DNA of 64,000 nt. It comes from a virus. Lineage: Duplodnaviria; Heunggongvirae; Uroviricota; Caudoviricetes. How positions within the stretch are numbered: position 1 is the stretch's first letter; the number at the start of each line of letters is the position of its first letter. The notes beneath the pieces were generated by a model. The model was given only the letters and a program-made list of their open reading frames with translations, was not told the DNA's origin and searched no databases. A program made the position numbers and the translations under genes. The DNA lies in the IMG/VR virus record IMGVR_UViG_2684623127_000005; one strand, written 5' to 3'. Of this stretch, positions 29,020 to 37,181 are shown one piece after another.

Positions 29020-29376
29020 ATGGAAATAAAACCAGAAGATGAGTTAAGTAATATTGTTTTATTTCCGGTAAAAGAGGATGACCCACGTAATCAGGTTAAT
29101 TTTCTTTATGAGCCATCGGAAAGACCATATTGCCATCACGCCTCTGTCCGGGTTGACGAAAAAGAGCGTCAGGTCCGCTGTAAAATCTGCGGTGCAGTTG
29201 TGGAGCCATTTGACTGGATGCTCTCTGTGGCGAAAAGAGAAACCAGACTGGCAGATGATGTAAGGCTCTTGCGTCAGGAGGAGCGGGAAAGGCGAAAAAA
29301 TATAGAAAAGCTAATTCAGATTGAGCGTAACGCGAAAGCGCGGATACGCAGGGCGACAAAATCCAGAACTGAATAA
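29020..29376 (+). CDS. hypothetical protein with Cys/His cluster (possible zinc ribbon)
   Basis: ATG 29020 with AAAGGAGAGG SD; CHH...CKIC motif. Confidence 0.4.
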   Translation: MEIKPEDELSNIVLFPVKEDDPRNQVNFLYEPSERPYCHHASVRVDEKERQVRCKICGAVVEPFDWMLSVAKRETRLADDVRLLRQEERERRKNIEKLIQIERNAKARIRRATKSRTE

Positions 29377-29470
29377 TTAAATTTAGCTCTGTTAAAAATT
29401 TAATCCTTAACCGGAGGGGGGGGAGGCGCCCTCAGAACATCAGGAGGCTGTCCGGCAGGGCGGTAGTTAA

Positions 29471-29644
29471 ATGCGAAAGTTCAAAATAATTATTGAAACG
29501 GGAATAGCCGGTGGAGATTTCGAGGATGAATTCGAAGTGGATGATGATGCGACGCCTGATGAAATACATGACGAAGCAAAAGATATTTTCTTTAACTACT
29601 GCAATTACTCATATCACGAAATAAAAGACGAAGAGGAAGAATAA
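29471..29644 (+). CDS. small highly acidic hypothetical protein (57 aa)
   Basis: Hand-translated: MRKFKIIIETGIAGGDFEDEFEVDDDATPDEIHDEAKDIFFNYCNYSYHEIKDEEEE; below ORF-track size cutoff; weak SD. Confidence 0.25.
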   Translation: MRKFKIIIETGIAGGDFEDEFEVDDDATPDEIHDEAKDIFFNYCNYSYHEIKDEEEE

Positions 29645-29903
29645 AATGGCTGATTTTGCTTCAACTAAATATAACGCCAATTTTGAAGAATGGCATGAAC
29701 TGTTAATGGACTATGTAGAGTTACCGCGGTGGAAGCATGGCGTGATATGAAGTTGCATAAGAAGTTGCTTTCTTTATCTGGAAATAATATATCCTCTAAC
29801 GGGAAAGAAATAGAAAATGGTGACTTTAATGAATCCAACCCCCAATAAAAAGAGGTTGGGAATACTATGGTTAAATTAGAGTAAATATCTTGGATATCTA
29901 AAA

Positions 29904-30620
29904 TTAGGTTACTTTTACGCCTATAAAGGTGTAATCATCCATTATGTTTTTCTCAATCCTTTTTCTTAAACTACTCGCAAAAGCTGTTGGTGAGAGCATT
30001 GTCTTCTCAGAAAACCTTGGTCTGACATCCCAATGCTTATAGGCACCATCAGTCATTGCATAGAGTTGAAGATAGCCATTATAAATTAGCTGGCTAATCG
30101 GAAAAGACATTAACTCAAAATTCAAATCCGTTGTATTTGATAAAGCATTCGTTAGGACTGAAGATAGCCGTTCTTTATGATTTCTTAAATTACGTAATTT
30201 ATGTTCACCAGAATCAAGGAGTTCTTGATATCTCGTTTGATCAGTGGTTAACTGATTTAGTTTATTGTTTTTATTGAAGTATACTCGGCAATCACCGGAA
30301 TGACCAATTAACACTTCATTTTTTTTGATCTGAACAATTGTTAAGGTTGTGGCAGTGCTAATATCTAAATTGTCAATTTCTTTTTTAGCTGAATGAAATG
30401 CACTTTCAATTGAGAAAAAGGAAGTGCCTAGCGTGTGTCTAATGCCACGAATGGCTGCATGAGATGCAAGCATTGAATGTTCAGAGGAACCAACCCCATC
30501 AGCTACTGCAAAGACAATGTTAAAATCGCTATCAAAAGATGGCGGTAAATAAAAGTCTTCATTTTCTTTTTTTTGGGGTTGTTTTAGGCTAAAACATGCC
30601 ATTTCAATTATGTTCTTCAT
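29904..30620 (-). CDS. PP2C-family Ser/Thr protein phosphatase
   Basis: 238 aa; PP2C signatures VADGVGS and MTDGAYK; ATG at 30620 with GGAGG SD 6 nt upstream, start lies inside 3' end of kinase gene (17-nt overlap). Confidence 0.85.
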   Translation of the reverse strand: MKNIIEMACFSLKQPQKKENEDFYLPPSFDSDFNIVFAVADGVGSSEHSMLASHAAIRGIRHTLGTSFFSIESAFHSAKKEIDNLDISTATTLTIVQIKKNEVLIGHSGDCRVYFNKNNKLNQLTTDQTRYQELLDSGEHKLRNLRNHKERLSSVLTNALSNTTDLNFELMSFPISQLIYNGYLQLYAMTDGAYKHWDVRPRFSEKTMLSPTAFASSLRKRIEKNIMDDYTFIGVKVT

Positions 30621-31398
30621 GATTTACCTCCCCCGTCACTTTTAAAAAATCTTCCAGTAACTCCCGTGTGCTTTGATATCGTTCTTCAGGCCAATGTGCG
30701 CAACATTTTGCAATCAATCTTTTTAATTTTTCACTTCTTTCTGTGGGATATATATCAGTGATAATTTTACCTGCTGCAAATATGTCACTTTGAAAAGAAA
30801 AAAGACCGCTATCATGTATTTCGGGCGCTCGATATCCATCTGTGCCCATGTGATTAGGCTTAAATTTTGTTTTGATTTCGGCCCGTAAGGTATCTCTGTC
30901 TTTTACTAGACCAAAATCAGATATTTTATACTTTCCATCGGCATAATAAAGTATGTTTCCTGGTTTTAAATCACGATGTATATAGTTGTTTTCATGTATG
31001 GTGATAATTCCTTTTAAAATCTGAGTAACAGCAGACTTCCTCTCCGCGTAGTTCATACCATTGCGGATGGCTTCATATAAGTTACACTCTGCCAATTCCA
31101 TAACAAAATAAGGTTTATCACCATTTGTATTAAATAAAACTATTGGCGCTATTGAATCATAGTTTATTCTATTGAGAGTGCATTGTGTTTTGATCTCAAC
31201 TAAAAAACGCTGTCTTAAATCAGTCAACTCTTTTATAGCGGTCTTGTCAAAGTCCGGGCAAGGTGAAAAGTATTTGCGAGCATATGTGGTCATGTGGGTC
31301 TGGGTTAAGTTATAGACATCAACCTTAAATACTTCGCCAAAACTCCCTTGTCCTAAACTGCGACCATCTTTAAGTAAATAATTACCGCACCGATCCAC
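30604..31398 (-). CDS. Hanks-type Ser/Thr protein kinase (catalytic domain only)
   Basis: 264 aa; GQGSFGEV glycine loop, ARK, HRDLKPGNIL catalytic loop, DFGL, GYRAPE activation-loop motif; GTG start with AGGGGG SD. Confidence 0.9.
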   Translation of the reverse strand: MDRCGNYLLKDGRSLGQGSFGEVFKVDVYNLTQTHMTTYARKYFSPCPDFDKTAIKELTDLRQRFLVEIKTQCTLNRINYDSIAPIVLFNTNGDKPYFVMELAECNLYEAIRNGMNYAERKSAVTQILKGIITIHENNYIHRDLKPGNILYYADGKYKISDFGLVKDRDTLRAEIKTKFKPNHMGTDGYRAPEIHDSGLFSFQSDIFAAGKIITDIYPTERSEKLKRLIAKCCAHWPEERYQSTRELLEDFLKVTGEVNHEEHN

Positions 31399-31554
31399 GG
31401 CGCCCCCTTAACTCTCAGTAATGGATTGATAAGACTGGAAAAACATGCATTACCTCCTTTTATACACGTTTGCTATTTTTATTGCAATGCCTCACCTGTG
31501 GGCACTTAGAAAGGTGAGATTCTGATGAGTCTTTAACTGATTGAATTCGTTCCA

Positions 31555-31571
31555 ATGTGGGAATCCCACAT
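31555..31571. promoter_or_regulatory. perfect 17-bp palindrome in kinase-hok intergenic region (candidate operator)
   Basis: ATGTGGGAATCCCACAT read directly. Confidence 0.3.
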
Positions 31572-31808
31572 CGGGAGAACATTACCAATAGGGATAAAAA
31601 CGATTTGTGGGAAAAGGGGAGTTAAGTAAAATTGCTGCGGGTGCTTGAGGCTATCTGTCTCAGGCATGAACACCAAAAGGCAGATAGAGAAAAGCCCCAG
31701 TTAACATTACGCGTCCGGCAAGACGCTTAACATTAATCTGAGGCCATATCTATGCTCTACACACGTAGGTTAGCCTCTTACGTGCCGAAAGGCAAGGAGA
31801 AGCAGGCT

Positions 31809-31964
31809 ATGAAGCAGCAAAAGGCGATGCTAATCGCCCTGATCGTCATCTGTTTAACCGTCATAGTGACGGCACTGGTAACGAGGAAAGACCTCTGCGA
31901 GGTACGAATCCGAACCGGCCAGACGGAGGTCGCTGTCTTCACAGCTTACGAACCTGAGGAGTAA
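31809..31964 (+). CDS. hok: Hok/Gef-family type I toxin
   Basis: MKQQKAMLIALIVICLTVIVTALVTRKDLCEVRIRTGQTEVAVFTAYEPEE is a canonical Hok; in-frame upstream extension from 31752 (mok-like leader); antisense sok presumably overlaps ~31700-31810 on minus strand. Confidence 0.85.
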   Translation: MKQQKAMLIALIVICLTVIVTALVTRKDLCEVRIRTGQTEVAVFTAYEPEE

Positions 31965-32183
31965 GAGACTGGCGGGGGAGAAATCCCTCGCCACCTCTGA
32001 TGTGTCAGGCATCCTCAACGCACCCGCACTTAACCCGCTTCGGCGGGTTTTTGTTTTTATTTTCAACGCGTTTGAAGTTCCGGACGGCGCCGGAATAGAA
32101 TCAAAAATACTTAAGTAGCGCGCAGGGAGAAGAGGGATGGACCCCGAACAGGGGAGTGCTATTTATCTGGAAGGATTCTGTTG

Positions 32184-32441
32184 ATGAGAATCGAAGAATT
32201 ACGTGAAATTTTTAGTGAAGATGGCCTCTATACTGTGCGCGTTGAGAATGGCGCTATTGTCAGCCACTGCCGTATTAAATGTTTACAGTCTCAACAAAGG
32301 AAGAGTGGAGCTGCGTTAATTCATTTTGTGGATGGGCTTGTGACGGATGGTTTTATTTTGCGTGCAAATGAATTTGTCACATCGTTGCCGTCTCTGAAAG
32401 AAGCTGGGATTAAGGCTGGTTTTTCTGCTTTTGAAGATTAG
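32184..32441 (+). CDS. hypothetical protein
   Basis: ORF with ATG at 32184. Confidence 0.4.
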   Translation: MRIEELREIFSEDGLYTVRVENGAIVSHCRIKCLQSQQRKSGAALIHFVDGLVTDGFILRANEFVTSLPSLKEAGIKAGFSAFED

Positions 32442-32510
32442 TGAATTCATCTACAATTCAGCGCAGGGCTGAACCCCTGCTGAGTAACACTGTGCCACCG
32501 GAGAAAGCCG

Positions 32511-32789
32511 ATGGCGCAAAATTCCAGACTACACAATTCTGATAATTCAGCCGTCTTTGCCAGCGGGCACGGGCGGCGTTCTCATGCATTCAAATCTGAC
32601 TGGTACCAGCATCCCCCATGCACTGAAGAACAGGCCGAATGGCTCATTCAGTGTTACCGCAGGCGCGGATGCGAGGTTAAAAAAGCCCTTAGCCTCGACT
32701 ACCGTCACTGGATAATCTCCGTCAGGCCCCCTTACTCCGAACGGCCACCGCGTCCGTCCCGCACATTCCAGCAACGGATCTGGAGGTAA
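32511..32789 (+). CDS. hypothetical protein
   Basis: ORF with ATG 32511; stop overlaps SD of ydfU-like gene. Confidence 0.4.
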   Translation: MAQNSRLHNSDNSAVFASGHGRRSHAFKSDWYQHPPCTEEQAEWLIQCYRRRGCEVKKALSLDYRHWIISVRPPYSERPPRPSRTFQQRIWR

Positions 32790-32790
32790 T

Positions 32791-33840
32791 GTGCGGGTAT
32801 TACTTCGACCTGTTCTGGTACCGGAACTCGGTCTGGTTATCGTTAAGCCAGGCCGTGAATCAATGTCAGCATTCCATAACGGCAGAATACTGGTGGAGCC
32901 GGAACCAAAAAGCATGCGAGCTCTGCCGTCCGGGGTTGTACCTGCCGTTCACCAGCCGCTGGCGGAAGATAAATCACTACTGCCATTTTTCAGCGATGAG
33001 CGGGTGATCCGTGCTGCGGGTGGCGCTGGTGCACTGTCTGACTGGTTATTACGTCACGTGAAATCCTGCCAGTGGCTACACGGTGATTATCATCACAGCG
33101 AAACCGTCATTCACCGTTACGGTACCGGCGCGATGGTGTTGTGCTGGCACTGCGACAACCAGCTGCGGGAGCAGACATCTGATTCACTGGATCAACTTGC
33201 TCAACAGAATCTGGCCGCCTGGATGATTGACATCATCCGTCACGCAATGAATGGCGCACAGGAGCGTGAATTATCTCTGGCTGAATTATCCTGGTGGGCG
33301 GTCCGCAATCAGGTGGCGGACGCGCTACCGGAAGCGGTATTACGTCGTTCGCTGGGGTTGCGTGCGGAAAAAATCCGCTCCGTATACCGTGAAAGCGACA
33401 TCATACCGGGAGAACAGACCGCCACCAGCATACTGAAGCAGCGCACAAAAAATATTGCGCTACCGTCTCACACCCACCAGCAACAGAACCCACCACAGGA
33501 AAAGACGGTGGTCAGCATTGCCGTTGATCCGGAGTCTCCGGAATCCTTCATGAAACGACCTAAACGTCGCCGCTGGGTAAATGAGAAATACACACGCTGG
33601 GTAAAGACACAGCCGTGTGCGTGTTGTGGTAAGCCAGCCGACGATCCCCATCACCTGATTGGTCATGGTCAGGGCGGAATGGGGACAAAATCTCACGATA
33701 TTTTCACGCTACCGCTGTGTCGGGAGCATCACAACGAGCTTCATGCGGATCCGCTGGCGTTCGAAGAAAAGCATGGTTCTCAGGTTGATTTAATTTTTCG
33801 TTTTCTTGATCACGCCTTTGCAACTGGCGTGCTTGGGTAA
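32791..33840 (+). CDS. ydfU: YdfU-like DUF968 protein with C-terminal HNH-like Cys/His motif
   Basis: 349 aa (same length as Qin YdfU as I recall); GTG start with GGAGG SD; C-terminus CACCGKPADDPHHLIGHG...CREHHNELH. Confidence 0.65.
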   Translation: MRVLLRPVLVPELGLVIVKPGRESMSAFHNGRILVEPEPKSMRALPSGVVPAVHQPLAEDKSLLPFFSDERVIRAAGGAGALSDWLLRHVKSCQWLHGDYHHSETVIHRYGTGAMVLCWHCDNQLREQTSDSLDQLAQQNLAAWMIDIIRHAMNGAQERELSLAELSWWAVRNQVADALPEAVLRRSLGLRAEKIRSVYRESDIIPGEQTATSILKQRTKNIALPSHTHQQQNPPQEKTVVSIAVDPESPESFMKRPKRRRWVNEKYTRWVKTQPCACCGKPADDPHHLIGHGQGGMGTKSHDIFTLPLCREHHNELHADPLAFEEKHGSQVDLIFRFLDHAFATGVLG

Positions 33841-33852
33841 AAGAGGTGACTG

Positions 33853-34227
33853 ATGCTCATAGATTTGGTTTTACCTTACCCGCCGACGGTGAACACTTAC
33901 TGGCGACGCCGTGGCAGCACATATTTTGTATCAAAAGCCGGGGAGCGTTATCGCCGGGCAGTGGCGCTTATTGTTCGCCAGCAGCGACTGAAATTAAGCC
34001 TGTCCGGACGGCTGGCAATAAAAATTATTGCAGAGCCACCGGATAAGCGCCGCCGTGACCTGGACAATATTCTGAAAGCACCGCTGGATGCGCTGACGCA
34101 CGCGGGGTTGTTAATGGACGATGAGCAGTTTGATGAAATCAATATTGTACGTGGAAAGCCAGTATCTGGTGGACGTCTGGGGGTGAAGATTTACCCCATA
34201 ATGCTTGAAGGGCAGGTCAAAAAATGA
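33853..34227 (+). CDS. rusA: Holliday junction resolvase RusA
   Basis: ..PYPPTVNTYWRRRG..., ..DKRRRDLDNILKAPLDALTHAGLLMDDEQ.. match RusA catalytic core. Confidence 0.85.
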   Translation: MLIDLVLPYPPTVNTYWRRRGSTYFVSKAGERYRRAVALIVRQQRLKLSLSGRLAIKIIAEPPDKRRRDLDNILKAPLDALTHAGLLMDDEQFDEINIVRGKPVSGGRLGVKIYPIMLEGQVKK

Positions 34228-35045
34228 AACTGGAAGATTTACCGAAATACTACTCCCCAAAATCCCCTGGCCTGACCGATGCATCGGCCTCAACGTCAAA
34301 AGATGCGCTGAGTATCACTGATGTGATGGCCGCGCAGGGCATGACACAGAATCGGGCTGAGATGGGGTTTTCTGCGTTCCTTGGGAAAATGGGCATTAGT
34401 ATGAATGACAGAGAGCGGGCAACAGAATTGCTGACAGAATATGCACTCAGTCGGTGTGATCGCGTGGCGGCGTTAAGAAAACTCCCGGCAGAAATAAAAC
34501 CGGCAGTGATGCGTATTATGGCTTCGTATGCGTTTGAAGATTATGCCCGTAGCGCGGCGAGCAAAAAACAGTGCTCCTGCTGTCACGGAAAAAAATTTAT
34601 TGAAAGCGAGGTTTTTACAAACAAGATCCAGTATCCGGATGGTAAGCCGCCGGTATGGGCAAAGTGTACGAAAGGTGTGTATCCGTCTTACTGGGAAGAA
34701 TGGAAAAAAGTCAGGGAGGTGGTAAAAGTTGCCTGTCCGGAGTGTGGCGGAAAGGGTGAGGTTTCCACCGCCTGTAAGGATTGCCGTGGGCGTGGTGTCG
34801 CCATTCATCGTGAAGAGTCGGTAAAACGTGGTATGCCTGTTATCAGAGACTGCCAGCGTTGTGGTGGTCGTGGCTGTGAAAGACTACCATCAACGGAGGC
34901 ATTTAATGCCATATGTAATGTAACCGATGCCATATCTCTTGATACATGGAAAAAAACAGTTAAACGTTTTTACGATACGCTGGTGGTGCAGTTTGATATT
35001 GAAGAAGCATGGGCAGAACAACAACTGAAAAAGGTGACCAGATAG
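34224..35045 (+). CDS. late-gene antiterminator Q-like protein (with DnaJ-type CxxCxGxG zinc finger)
   Basis: Position directly upstream of lambda-like pR'/tR'; CPECGGKGEVSTACKDCRGRG zinc finger; family assignment by context. Confidence 0.55.
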   Translation: MKLEDLPKYYSPKSPGLTDASASTSKDALSITDVMAAQGMTQNRAEMGFSAFLGKMGISMNDRERATELLTEYALSRCDRVAALRKLPAEIKPAVMRIMASYAFEDYARSAASKKQCSCCHGKKFIESEVFTNKIQYPDGKPPVWAKCTKGVYPSYWEEWKKVREVVKVACPECGGKGEVSTACKDCRGRGVAIHREESVKRGMPVIRDCQRCGGRGCERLPSTEAFNAICNVTDAISLDTWKKTVKRFYDTLVVQFDIEEAWAEQQLKKVTR

Positions 35046-35050
35046 CTTTG

Positions 35051-35078
35051 TTGATTTTTCCCGAATCTGTGGTAAATT
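35051..35078 (+). promoter_or_regulatory. candidate late promoter pR' (and qut region)
   Basis: TTGATT-16nt-TAAATT followed by TGCCCTAACGATGGG, strongly resembling lambda pR' -10 TAAATT and ...CAACGATGGG initial transcribed region. Confidence 0.5.
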
Positions 35079-35127
35079 TGCCCTAACGATGGGCGTTTTA
35101 TGCCTGACGTTAGAAGATTTTTTACAC

Positions 35128-35149
35128 CCCGCCGCCTGGCGGGTTTTTT
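35128..35149 (+). terminator. tR'-like rho-independent terminator
   Basis: CCCGCC-GCCT-GGCGGG hairpin + TTTTTT about 50 nt downstream of candidate pR'. Confidence 0.6.
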
Positions 35150-35271
35150 ATGACTGAAATCGCGTCAGTACAGTAAACGCGCTGGTGGCGGTGAATACCG
35201 GTCTTTCAGCTTGCTGGCTTTTTTGACAAGAGTTATTGGTGTGTCACGTTAACCGAAAAAGGGAAAAAGAC

Positions 35272-35469
35272 ATGCTGAAACAGCAGGATATGACAGAAAC
35301 TGCCAGAGCAGTGTTTAATGAATTAAGCGTCACCGAACCGGCGACAGTCGGGGAGATTGCGCAGAATACTTACCTTTCACGCGAACGCTGCCAGTTAATA
35401 CTGACCCAGCTTGTTATGGCGGGTCTGGCAGACTATCAGTTCGGTTGTTACAGACGCCTTCAGTCCTGA
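35272..35469 (+). CDS. hypothetical small protein
   Basis: ORF with ATG 35272 after tR'. Confidence 0.3.
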   Translation: MLKQQDMTETARAVFNELSVTEPATVGEIAQNTYLSRERCQLILTQLVMAGLADYQFGCYRRLQS

Positions 35470-35619
35470 AGGCTTTTTTATTTGTGGTAAATGGGCGACT
35501 GGTGGGTGTTAGGGGCACTCACCAGCCATCTGCTCATGCGTCCGGATCACAAGCAAACCTCAGGCCCACTGCTTTGCGCAAAAGCAGAATGAGCCTATCA
35601 GAGACAGGCTTAATGATCC

Positions 35620-36678
35620 ATGCTTAATACTGTAAAAATATCCAGCTGTGAGTTAGTCAACGCCGACTGCCTGGAATTTATCCGGTCGTTACCCGAAAAT
35701 TCTGTTGACCTGATAGTCACGGACCCGCCGTACTTTAAAGTGAAGCCCGAGGGCTGGGATAACCAGTGGAAGGGCGACGATGATTACCTGAAGTGGCTGG
35801 ACCAGTGTCTGGCGCAGTTCTGGCGGGTGCTGAAACCTGCCGGAAGTCTTTACCTGTTCTGTGGCCATCGCCTGGCATCTGATATCGAAATCATGATGCG
35901 TGAACGCTTCAGTGTGCTGAACCATATTATCTGGGCGAAGCCGTCCGGACGCTGGAACGGGTGCAACAAGGAAAGCCTGAGGGCGTATTTCCCCGCCACA
36001 GAGCGCATTCTGTTCGCGGAACATTATCAGGGGCCGTATCGTCCGAAAGATGCCGGGTATGAGGCGAAGGGCAGGGCACTGAAACAGCATGTGATGGCTC
36101 CGCTGATTTCTTACTTTCGTGATGCGCGTGCTGCCCTGGGGATAACGGCAAAACAGATAGTGGATGCCACAGGAAAGAAAAACATGGTGTCGCACTGGTT
36201 CAGTGCCAGTCAGTGGCAGCTACCGAACGAAAGCGATTATCTGAAATTACAGGCGCTGTTTGCCCGGGTGGCAGAAGAGAAGCATCAGCGGGGTGAACTG
36301 GAGAAGCCCCACCACCAGCTGCTGGAGACGTATACTTCACTGAACCGGCAGTATGCGGAACTACAGAGTGAATATAAGCATCTGCGGCGGTATTTTGGCG
36401 TGACGGCGCAGGTGCCGTACACGGATGTGTGGACGCATAAACCGGTGCAGTACTATCCCGGGAAACATCCGTGCGAAAAACCGGCAGAAATGCTGCAGCA
36501 GATAATCAGTGCGAGCAGTCGTCCGGGTGACCTGGTTGCAGATTTCTTCATGGGGTCGGGTTCGACAGTCAAAGCCGCGATGGCGCTGGGGCGTCGTGCA
36601 ACTGGCGTTGAGCTGGAGACTGAACGTTTTGAGCAGACGGTCAGGGAAGTACAGGATTTAGTCAGTCAGAACGGATGA
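35620..36678 (+). CDS. DNA methyltransferase (amino-MTase; N6-adenine or N4-cytosine; motif IV before motif I, beta-class order)
   Basis: DPPY motif IV near N-terminus (LIVTDPPYF), FMGSGST motif I near C-terminus. Confidence 0.85.
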   Translation: MLNTVKISSCELVNADCLEFIRSLPENSVDLIVTDPPYFKVKPEGWDNQWKGDDDYLKWLDQCLAQFWRVLKPAGSLYLFCGHRLASDIEIMMRERFSVLNHIIWAKPSGRWNGCNKESLRAYFPATERILFAEHYQGPYRPKDAGYEAKGRALKQHVMAPLISYFRDARAALGITAKQIVDATGKKNMVSHWFSASQWQLPNESDYLKLQALFARVAEEKHQRGELEKPHHQLLETYTSLNRQYAELQSEYKHLRRYFGVTAQVPYTDVWTHKPVQYYPGKHPCEKPAEMLQQIISASSRPGDLVADFFMGSGSTVKAAMALGRRATGVELETERFEQTVREVQDLVSQNG

Positions 36679-36926
36679 TATTGCAGAATTAACCGGGTAT
36701 CAGGTACGCCCCGAAAATTTTAAATGTCTCACAATTCAGACGGTTGACAGTTGTCTGGTTTGCGGGGAGTTTGTTAAAAGAAACTGGCATGGTGAATCCC
36801 CCTGAGCGGAGGGGCATATCAGCGCAGGTGTTTCTACTCTATCCTTTCTGTGCGGGTTCAGGTGCTGATACTGAACTCACCGGGAGGCACCCGGCACCAT
36901 GCATATGGTTAACAGACACGTAGCGA

Positions 36927-36952
36927 AGCCCCTCTCCGGAGGGGCTTTTTTT
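36927..36952 (+). terminator. strong rho-independent terminator upstream of nanS-p
   Basis: AGCCCCTCTCCGGAGGGGCT hairpin + TTTTTTT. Confidence 0.6.
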
Positions 36953-37181
36953 ATGGGCAAAAAAAGCCCGCGCTGGGAGACGCGGGCGGCAAGGAATAAA
37001 CAACAAAACGTGAAGTAATATTTCAGCTGGCGAATAATACCCCATGGTAATCACTCTGCGCAACTGCGCGGCCTTTTTCGAATTGCGGGCTGTAAGTCTC
37101 CCTTCTGCCATTGTCCTGTAACTTCCGGACTTCAGCCCGCTCTTTATCTGATTCAGTACACTATCCCGGCCGGGAGGATTC

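Noticed and set aside
30604-31398. Kinase as a T3SS effector of the NleH/OspG family
   Set aside because: NleH/OspG-type effectors have an N-terminal secretion/targeting region and an atypical minimal kinase; this protein begins directly with a classical glycine loop and is operonic with a PP2C phosphatase, which argues for a bacterial signalling/defence kinase instead.
35046-37181. stx genes or tRNA genes between Q and the lysis cassette
   Set aside because: No ORF resembling StxA/StxB and no tRNA-like T-loop/acceptor structures found by eye; the slot is occupied by a methyltransferase and NanS-p. A formal tRNAscan was not possible.
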